A stretch of 34,817 bases of DNA from Promethearchaeota archaeon (lineage in GTDB: Archaea > Asgardarchaeota > Lokiarchaeia > Sigyniarchaeales > SOKP01). A model generated the notes under the pieces. That model ran no database searches. It worked only from the letters and a program-made list of their open reading frames with translations, and was not told the origin of the DNA. Each line of letters opens with the position of its first letter. Position 1 is the first letter of the stretch. A program made the position numbers and the translations under genes. The DNA is taken from assembly GCA_048937405.1 (NCBI GenBank), contig JBHLNF010000023.1, positions 1 through 34,817 on the forward strand, in the 5' to 3' direction. Shown here in pieces: positions 27,654 to 34,817 of this stretch.

Positions 27654-27854
27654 ATGGCAAAAAAAGCCGCAAAAGTAGAACCTTTATTTGTTAAATCAAA
27701 GGTAAGAGAATTTATTAAAGGGAAAGACTGCAATACGAGCAGTGGCGTTCTTGATGGAGACGCTCTTAATAATATCATTATGGAGATGCTTGACGCTGCT
27801 GTTAGACGAGCACAAGCAAATAATAGGAAAACAGTAAAGGCAAGAGATTTATAA
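27654..27854 (+). CDS. Short histone-fold protein (truncated-alpha3 / DUF1931-like type)
   Basis: LFVKSKVREFIK..NTS..ALN..LDAAVRRAQANNRKTVKARDL, with an RKTVxxxD clamp at the extreme C-terminus. Confidence 0.85.
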   Translation: MAKKAAKVEPLFVKSKVREFIKGKDCNTSSGVLDGDALNNIIMEMLDAAVRRAQANNRKTVKARDL

Positions 27855-27871
27855 ATTCACTTGCTAAATAA

Positions 27872-27882
27872 TTTTTTTTTTT
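27872..27882 (+). terminator. Poly-T terminator after the histone gene
   Basis: Run of 11 T about 18 nt after the stop codon. Confidence 0.5.
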
Positions 27883-28021
27883 CTATTCAATTTTTATTTA
27901 AGCAGCTTATTATTTAAAAGATAATCGAAGGTTTTTCTAACTTCGCTTGACTTATTCCAAAAGATAAGTCTTTCTAAATTAACATTTTAGAAATAATCAT
28001 TTTTACAGTTTTAATAATAAT

Positions 28022-30136
28022 TCAAATAATTTCCTTCTTAATTTTGGTAATATGATTTTCTTTTTTAAAATGAAAAATATCTGTTACAAACGAATCAAGG
28101 TTTCTGTCATGAGATATAATTATCATTTGAGCTGTATTGAGTCTTTCAAAAATGTCCTGCATTTTATTTATTTGTTCTTGGCTAAATCCATCAGTAGGCT
28201 CATCCAAAATTAATAAATCTTTTGTCTTTACTTCCTGATATCTTTCATTGATAATTTTATTTAAAGCAAGTCTATAGGCTAGTGATAATGCACTTTTTTC
28301 GCCCCCAGATAGATCTCTAAATGGTGTGTTATATCCATTCACTGTAATTACAGGTTCAAAGTCTTCCAATCTAATTTCTACTTCTATATTTTCATCTTCA
28401 ACTAAAATTCTAAACCATTCTTTAAAATATTTATTGAAATGTTGAGCACTAGTAGAAATAATTTCTCTTTCAATATCTCTTATAAGGATTTGGAATTCTT
28501 CAGTAATCCAATTATTTAAGTTAATAATATATTCTATTTTGTCTTTTAATTTTGTTTTTTTCTTGCGATTATTCTTTAACTCATTTAATTCCTGTTCTAT
28601 TAATTTTAAATGAACTTGTTTAGAATTTATTTCTTTTTCAAAATCTGAATATTCTCTTTTTAAATTTTTTATTAAATTCTTTTGATTAGTTAACTCTAAC
28701 TCTAGTTTATTTTCAAATTCCTTGAAATTATTCAAATCTTTAATTTCATAGTCTTTTAGAATTACTAGAATTTGATTTTGATTATTCTTTATTTTATCTT
28801 TTAACTGATTGATTAAATCTTTTAATTCAAAACCTCTCTTTTTTTTTTCTTCAATTAATTTATTTAATGCCTCTCTCTTTGTTTGAATAATATTATATTC
28901 TCTCAAATTCTTTAGATTTGATTCAGTATTAGAAATTTCGGAATTAATTTCTTTAATCTCTGTTGATAATCGTTCTATTTCTTTATTTGTATTTTTAAGT
29001 TCAGAATTGAAACGTTTTTCTTCATGTATTTCTTGGCCACATAACGAACATTTCCCTTCTATTAATAGTTTATTTATATTTTCAATTTTTTTCTCTAATA
29101 CAGCTTTGAGCTTGTCTTTCTCTAATTGAATTTTGCGATTTTTTTCTATTTGTTCCTCCAGCATATTCTCAGTTAAATCACTTTTAAATTTTAATTCGGG
29201 CAAGTTTTTAATTTCTTTTAAAGAATTTGAAATTTCATTTAGTAAAGATTCTAAAGAAATTTCATTCTTATTTTTAGATTCAGTGGATTCATCAATATTT
29301 CTTTTATAATTTTCAATTTTAACAAATTTTTTTGAATATTCATTTAATTCATACTGTATCTTATCAACTTTTAACTGTTCTTTTTCTATTTCTTTTTCCT
29401 TTTCTTTTTTATTCTTTTCTAAAATAATAATTAACTCATTTTGTTCAAGCCTTTCTCTTTCTTTTTTTGGGATTAATTCTTCAGGATTGCCAATATTATT
29501 AAGTTGGACTTTAATTTTTTTTCTCCTGTTTTTTAAGAACTCATTTATAATTCCAACATTCTTTAGGGCAATCTCATATTTTTCTATCCCAAAAACCTCT
29601 TTTAGAATTTCAAATCGCTCATCTGGTTTTGCTTGTAATATCTCTTTAACTTGTTCTTGTGGAGTGTATACAGTATATCGAAATAATGGAATTTTCTGTG
29701 CCTTTTCATAACGAGTTATTGAATATTTTAAAATCTCTAAGATTTTTCTTCTTAAATCTGTGGGAGCATATGATTTTTCCACAGATTCATCACCAAAATG
29801 TTCTATAAATGATCCTATTTCTTGAGAAACAATAACTTTTTTCTTTGACCCCTCTTTTTTTTTACTTCTGGTCAATCCACGTTTTATAGTATATATTTTT
29901 CCATTAATAGAAAAAGTCAATTCAACAGAACCACTCTTTTCACCTCGCCTCAAAAGTGAATCTCCGTTTAAATCTGCTGCAGTTAAAGTACCAAATAAAC
30001 AAAATTCTATTGCTTTTAGAACTGAAGATTTACCACTTCCAATGTCTCCAAAGAATAGAATTATTGAGGGAGGAAAATTGATTTCTCTCTCCTTAATACT
30101 TCTGATATTTTTTATTTTCACTGATTCGATAATCAT
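28022..30136 (-). CDS. rad50: DNA double-strand break repair ATPase Rad50
   Basis: Walker A GDIGSGKSS, YTPQ (Q-loop), coiled coil with a CSLC hook, LSGGE, LILDEPT and IISHD. Confidence 0.93.
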   Translation of the reverse strand: MIIESVKIKNIRSIKEREINFPPSIILFFGDIGSGKSSVLKAIEFCLFGTLTAADLNGDSLLRRGEKSGSVELTFSINGKIYTIKRGLTRSKKKEGSKKKVIVSQEIGSFIEHFGDESVEKSYAPTDLRRKILEILKYSITRYEKAQKIPLFRYTVYTPQEQVKEILQAKPDERFEILKEVFGIEKYEIALKNVGIINEFLKNRRKKIKVQLNNIGNPEELIPKKERERLEQNELIIILEKNKKEKEKEIEKEQLKVDKIQYELNEYSKKFVKIENYKRNIDESTESKNKNEISLESLLNEISNSLKEIKNLPELKFKSDLTENMLEEQIEKNRKIQLEKDKLKAVLEKKIENINKLLIEGKCSLCGQEIHEEKRFNSELKNTNKEIERLSTEIKEINSEISNTESNLKNLREYNIIQTKREALNKLIEEKKKRGFELKDLINQLKDKIKNNQNQILVILKDYEIKDLNNFKEFENKLELELTNQKNLIKNLKREYSDFEKEINSKQVHLKLIEQELNELKNNRKKKTKLKDKIEYIINLNNWITEEFQILIRDIEREIISTSAQHFNKYFKEWFRILVEDENIEVEIRLEDFEPVITVNGYNTPFRDLSGGEKSALSLAYRLALNKIINERYQEVKTKDLLILDEPTDGFSQEQINKMQDIFERLNTAQMIIISHDRNLDSFVTDIFHFKKENHITKIKKEII

Positions 30137-30146
30137 TTTATATTGC

Positions 30147-31436
30147 TCATTCTTCTTCTAATTGAAAGACTTTTTTGAAAGAATTAACTAAATCTTTATC
30201 ATAGTCTTTTACTTTTGTTCCCTCTTCTCTTTCTTTACCTATAATTGATAAAAAATCGTGGATTTTATTCTCAAGATCTTTTTTATCAAGATTTACAATT
30301 TTTATTTTCTGTGCATGTTCATAAATGAGACTATTTTCTATTTCTTCGTTTGTTTTACCAACCATAACACTGATGGGAGTATATTCTTTTGAAGTTAGAC
30401 TCGATTTATTGATTAACACTTCATAAGCTCCTAACTCTTTTATTTTTTGAATAATTTCATCTACTTTTAATTCATAAGCCCTTCCTGAAGATAAAGTACC
30501 ATACATTCTGATCGTTATTATTTTGTCTTTAAAATCAGTTTCAATAATTTTTTTTTTTAAAAAATCTTGAACTTGAGTAACTGATTTGTTATTACAATCA
30601 ATTAATAACGAAACAACTTCTTTTACTTTGATTGGAATATATTTCACATTCAAATTTGATATAGAAGTTTCATTAACAATATCACCAGTTATTATACAAA
30701 ATCCACCAAATTTATATTGTTCAAGTTCACGAAAATTTACTGGTGCTAGAGAACCTGGATACACTATGTTAGTCTTATCATCGATTTTTAAAGATTTTTC
30801 TACTTCTCTTAATTTTTCAGGAACAGTTTTATGAAGATGACCACCTGCATAATAATCAAAACCTTGAGGTAATAAAGATTTAGGGGTAGATTGCATATCT
30901 TTAAACTCAATAGGTTTTAATTCACTTAATAAAGTATGAAGTACAAAAATTTTTATCCCTGTTTCTTTTTCTAAGCTTTTTAAATCTAATATGTGATAAT
31001 CTTCAATTTCTAAACACCTCTTTCTCGCTCTTAAACCGGTAATTTTAATTTTGGTTTTTTGGTCAATACAGAAGTCTAATTTTAATTTTTCATCTTTAGT
31101 TGATTCACCTTTTGAAACATCTATATATAATCCTGCTGTAATAAGCGGTCTAATCATTGATTTGTTTGAAGGAGAAAAGTCATGAGATCCCATTATTCCA
31201 TAGACAGGAATTCCATGATCTCTCAATTTTCTTAATTCTTTTGTAGCTAAATCAATGACTTCAACTTTTGGATTACTAACATCATATAAATCACCACTAA
31301 TAATAACAAAATCCAGATTTTCTTCAATAATAATATTTACTGCTCTTTCAAAAGCAATATATCCTAACTCGTTTAATTTTTCATTTCGCCAAGCACCTAA
31401 ATGAACATCAGAAATGTGAGCAAATTTTACTTTCAT
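30147..31436 (-). CDS. mre11: DNA repair nuclease Mre11
   Basis: HISDVHLG, SGDLYD, GSHD, YYAGGHLH and YPGS motifs. Confidence 0.95.
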   Translation of the reverse strand: MKVKFAHISDVHLGAWRNEKLNELGYIAFERAVNIIIEENLDFVIISGDLYDVSNPKVEVIDLATKELRKLRDHGIPVYGIMGSHDFSPSNKSMIRPLITAGLYIDVSKGESTKDEKLKLDFCIDQKTKIKITGLRARKRCLEIEDYHILDLKSLEKETGIKIFVLHTLLSELKPIEFKDMQSTPKSLLPQGFDYYAGGHLHKTVPEKLREVEKSLKIDDKTNIVYPGSLAPVNFRELEQYKFGGFCIITGDIVNETSISNLNVKYIPIKVKEVVSLLIDCNNKSVTQVQDFLKKKIIETDFKDKIITIRMYGTLSSGRAYELKVDEIIQKIKELGAYEVLINKSSLTSKEYTPISVMVGKTNEEIENSLIYEHAQKIKIVNLDKKDLENKIHDFLSIIGKEREEGTKVKDYDKDLVNSFKKVFQLEEE

Positions 31437-31459
31437 ATAACCTATCCTTTTAATAATAT

Positions 31460-33034
31460 TTAATTAAATCCCGGTGAAACTTTTCTTATTTTTATATCTG
31501 CTTTTTTTTTCATTGTTTTACCTTCTAATAAATCCTCAAACAATGGTATTTTAATTGGAATTGCGAATTTTGTAAAATTTGATGTCACAATTGCTTCCCC
31601 AATGTCTAAACTCGCAATAGTTTGACTATCATCAGATAAATCTTGAGCAGAACTTTCGATTAAAGACCTTCTTTCTGGGCCCATTTCGTTTCCAAGTATT
31701 ATTTTGGTATTCATATTCGCGAGAATTTCTCTATCTATCAAACTTGGTAATTGTGTTATCCCAATTAAACCTATATTGAACTTTCTTCCCTCTCTAGCGA
31801 TTTTTCCAAATACATTATCTCTGGTTTCCAACACCTTTTTTCCTATGACTCTTGGAGCTTCCTCTAATACAATTGCAATAACGGGTTTATCTTCTAAATT
31901 ATCATTAAATTTATAACTCTTATATCTATTAAAAATGCTTTCAACAATAATAGTCGCTATAAATATTTCTTCACTTCCCGTAAATAAAGATGTATCAATA
32001 ATTACAGTTTTTCCATCAACTAACAAATTTATAATATCTTCAATTGTAGATTCAAAACCCTCTAGAGAAAATATCCCTTTTTCAATGATTTTTCTATCTT
32101 CATCAATGTCAAAATCTAATAATAAAGACAGCCTTCTTCTCAAAACATCAATTGTTGTATCCTTTATCCCAAACTTATCATATTTAACTTCCTCATCAAA
32201 GATTTTTTTAATCCATTCCTTTTTGAATTTCCTAAAATAAGTTATTAGTGCGTCGCTTTGAGGTTGAGAAAGGTCAATACTGTCTAAAACATGGCTAGGA
32301 TATAAATATTTCACATTGAATTTTAGATCCAATTTACCTGAAACCTTCCTTATTGAATAATATTTTAAATTTTCAAGACTTTTTGGATGTTCTTTAAGAC
32401 CTTTTTCATTGGGAGAACCATAATACTCATTATGAGGATCAAATACCAGTTTTCCACAATTCTCATTTTCCATTAAGTTATACAAAATAGTTTTTACTAA
32501 ATTTGATTTACCTCGACCAGTTGTAGCGGGAATTAGAATATGATGCCTTAATACGTCTGTTGCTTCAAGTATTACTTCTGTATTCAAGATTTTTGACCCA
32601 GACCGAATATTACCCAAATTTAAGGGATTTTGAATTATTTCCTCTTTAAAAAATTCTAAATGAGTATCATCAATTTCAAATACATCAGAGAAAAATTCTG
32701 GCAATTTTTTAAGTAAGAAGAGACGATTTTGCTTAACAAATATTAAAGGTCTAGCTAATGCTAACACATAATTACGCAATTCAGATTCATAAATTCTTAA
32801 ATCAGATCTTTCTCTTTCTAAACTATATCCTGCCATTAATTCGAGACTATTATCAGGAATTTGACTTCCATAAAATAAATCCTTAATTTGAAAAATGCTA
32901 TACTCATTTCTATCTTTACCAGCTATGAAAAGTTGTCCTATCTCAAATTCTTGATCTGATTTTTGTCTTAATATTAATTTAACTAAAGAAGTACCAGTGA
33001 CAAAACTTCCAATTTTTTTCCCAAAATCCGTCAT
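31460..33034 (-). CDS. herA: HerA helicase/translocase
   Basis: [27 protein letters not shown] and [19 protein letters not shown] motifs. Confidence 0.93.
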   Translation of the reverse strand: MTDFGKKIGSFVTGTSLVKLILRQKSDQEFEIGQLFIAGKDRNEYSIFQIKDLFYGSQIPDNSLELMAGYSLERERSDLRIYESELRNYVLALARPLIFVKQNRLFLLKKLPEFFSDVFEIDDTHLEFFKEEIIQNPLNLGNIRSGSKILNTEVILEATDVLRHHILIPATTGRGKSNLVKTILYNLMENENCGKLVFDPHNEYYGSPNEKGLKEHPKSLENLKYYSIRKVSGKLDLKFNVKYLYPSHVLDSIDLSQPQSDALITYFRKFKKEWIKKIFDEEVKYDKFGIKDTTIDVLRRRLSLLLDFDIDEDRKIIEKGIFSLEGFESTIEDIINLLVDGKTVIIDTSLFTGSEEIFIATIIVESIFNRYKSYKFNDNLEDKPVIAIVLEEAPRVIGKKVLETRDNVFGKIAREGRKFNIGLIGITQLPSLIDREILANMNTKIILGNEMGPERRSLIESSAQDLSDDSQTIASLDIGEAIVTSNFTKFAIPIKIPLFEDLLEGKTMKKKADIKIRKVSPGFN

Positions 33035-33045
33035 TTTTTACCAAC

Positions 33046-34176
33046 TTATCTTCTTATTAAATTTAATAAATCATGTGCATTCACAGAACGCAAACGAGGT
33101 AAAATAAAATTATTATAATCATCTTGCTCAAATTCTGCAATTAATTGAATTTTTTGAGATTCTAATTCTTTAATACTTACAGATGCGAGTTGATCTGCTT
33201 TTATTAGGCCATATGGATATCCAGGATAAGATAAATCATTGGAATTATTGGCGATATTAGAAATTATTTGTTCATACTGATCTTCAGACATATTATTTGC
33301 TTGTTCCATTAAAATATCGAATCTAAAGGAATATACAGAATTTTTATTTAATTTAACAAAGTATAAATCTGCTTCTTCTTGAGCTTTTGTTATTCTATAG
33401 ATTGGGTGATAATACCAGGCGTTATTTGGAAATTTTTTATTTCCTACGTAGTTCAATAATGAATTTAATGAATCCCCATTTCTGGTAATTAATCGACAAG
33501 TTTTTGAAAGACCAGTTACTATAACATCTTTTTTAATTGCTGTATTAAATAATTCTTCTGCTAATAAAGTTTCACCAGTATATCCTGTTTGAAGAGACCC
33601 ATCTCTAATAAAAATACTACCCTTCTCTAATTCATTTAAAATAAACTTTTTAGCATAAGTCCATTCAGCAAATCTCATTGCTATACCTCCAAAGATATCA
33701 ATATTTGGCAACGGAAATCCTCTCTCTCTAATAGAAGGATCATTAAATGAAAATTTTAAATCATTTTTAGGGAGGTATTCTTTAAATTTGGATTCAAAAG
33801 GAAAAAATCGTGTAATATAAACTAAATTATCATTATCAAGAACATTAAGTACTGTTACGCTGTAAAATTCAACTTTAATAGGTGTTTCCTTTAGTTGAGT
33901 CCATTCATTTTTAGTAAATAAAACTCCTGATACACGATTTAAACTTACATTGAAATCTGCACTTCTAAGTATTGGTCCGTTGCCTCCATCAACGAATCCA
34001 ATATTTTTAAGATCATTACATTTTGGAATTTCAAAAATTTTATTTTCCTGAACTTCGAAAGCTTCTGCTTCTGAATTAATAACAAAAGGTTCATCACTTT
34101 TAGAATATCCAACTTTACAACTTTCTATGAACTCTACACATTCTTTTAGTGGACTATTTCTTTTTTCAAGATTCAT
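33046..34176 (-). CDS. nurA: NurA nuclease
   Basis: GFVDGG, RFAEW, IRDGSL, GLSKT, GYPYGLIKADQLA and AHD motifs; in an operon with herA. Confidence 0.88.
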   Translation of the reverse strand: MNLEKRNSPLKECVEFIESCKVGYSKSDEPFVINSEAEAFEVQENKIFEIPKCNDLKNIGFVDGGNGPILRSADFNVSLNRVSGVLFTKNEWTQLKETPIKVEFYSVTVLNVLDNDNLVYITRFFPFESKFKEYLPKNDLKFSFNDPSIRERGFPLPNIDIFGGIAMRFAEWTYAKKFILNELEKGSIFIRDGSLQTGYTGETLLAEELFNTAIKKDVIVTGLSKTCRLITRNGDSLNSLLNYVGNKKFPNNAWYYHPIYRITKAQEEADLYFVKLNKNSVYSFRFDILMEQANNMSEDQYEQIISNIANNSNDLSYPGYPYGLIKADQLASVSIKELESQKIQLIAEFEQDDYNNFILPRLRSVNAHDLLNLIRR

Positions 34177-34316
34177 CTTAAATAAAAAGATACTTATTTT
34201 TCATTATCTATTTTTTTATGATATTAAAGCAATTAGACTCAACAGATTTTACAGTTTTTATATAAATATTAACCTTTTTATTAATAGAGTATTGATATAA
34301 TCAATCAAATTTCTTA

Positions 34317-34817
34317 TTATTTCTTATTCTTACTCTTTTTTCTTAAAGGTTGTCTTTCTTCTAAGATTTCATCTGCAGTAATAAAGAGGTTACTTTTATT
34401 GTTAAAATTTTTATCCATCTTAATTTTTGATTTAAATTCAACAGAGGACTTCTTATAGACTTTATTACTTAATTCAGAAATAAATTGAGAAGGTCGTACA
34501 ATTTGAGGACCTCGGTAAGTGGGTTTAATCGAAGGTGAGATAAGGTATAATTGATCTTTTGCTCTCGTTATCGCTACATAAAAGACTCTGCGTTCTTCTT
34601 CAATAACATCAGGATCTCCAATACTTCTGGAAGAGGGAAATGAATCTTCGCTAAGCATAGGGATAAACACAGCTCGCCATTCAAGTCCTTTAGCTCTATG
34701 TATTGTAGATAAAATTAAAGGATTTTCTTCCTCTGTTTGATCTCCAGATTTAACAGTTTTAGATTCTAAATTAGATAAATTTAGAGTTAAATTTTCTAAA
34801 AATTTTCGAATAGTTGG
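34317..34817 (-). CDS. UvrD/PcrA/Rep superfamily 1 helicase, C-terminal part (5' end outside the window)
   Basis: The frame is open to the window edge; it contains LSTIHRAKGLEW (motif V) and EEERRVFYVAITRAK (motif VI). Confidence 0.92.
   Translation of the reverse strand, partial: PTIRKFLENLTLNLSNLESKTVKSGDQTEEENPLILSTIHRAKGLEWRAVFIPMLSEDSFPSSRSIGDPDVIEEERRVFYVAITRAKDQLYLISPSIKPTYRGPQIVRPSQFISELSNKVYKKSSVEFKSKIKMDKNFNNKSNLFITADEILEERQPLRKKSKNKK

Noticed and set aside
140-30149. TGA stops as possible selenocysteine codons, with SECIS elements
   Set aside because: The genes ending in TGA are complete at that point, no TGA falls at a catalytic Cys position, and I recognised no convincing SECIS.
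6089-32240. Short shadow ORFs in the track (6089, 9385, 11662, 12793, 13989, 14259, 15874, 20548, 22449, 23990, 27079, 29487, 30586, 31704, 31935)
   Set aside because: All lie within or largely overlap well-supported genes, antisense or in another frame, and have no recognisable motifs.
1-34817. tRNA, rRNA, CRISPR arrays, IS elements or integrases
   Set aside because: I saw no GC-rich structured RNA segments, no regularly spaced repeats, and no transposase or integrase ORFs.

Overview
This is a very AT-rich, gene-dense archaeal chromosome segment. The gene complement points to an Asgard archaeon, probably Lokiarchaeia (inferred, not searched): Alba, a short histone, a Sec11-type signal peptidase, a nurA-herA-mre11-rad50 operon, an ACT-hom pair and a thiolase-DUF35 pair. 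The window holds about 30 CDSs. These include a B12 acyl-CoA mutase module (large subunit, small subunit, MeaB, and CobO further away), a SWIM/SNF2 pair, a threonine biosynthesis block sitting between the two subunits of a CoA-transferase-fold enzyme, chromatin proteins and DNA double-strand-break repair genes. I found no rRNA, tRNA, CRISPR array or transposase. The main finding is that the mutase large-subunit gene, which the ORF track splits in two, is interrupted by a 31-nt element (3033-3063). This element folds with its flanks into a canonical bulge-helix-bulge (BHB) motif. Cutting at the standard BHB positions restores the frame and the conserved motif (SGHG-T-PEETNKR), giving a 558-aa protein. 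It is therefore a candidate tRNA-endonuclease-type intron in the mRNA of a metabolic gene. Secondary findings: the mutase has a non-MCM active site, there is an FrhB-TrmB fusion, the CoA-transferase beta subunit lacks the catalytic Glu, and two genes probably start at ATA/ATT.
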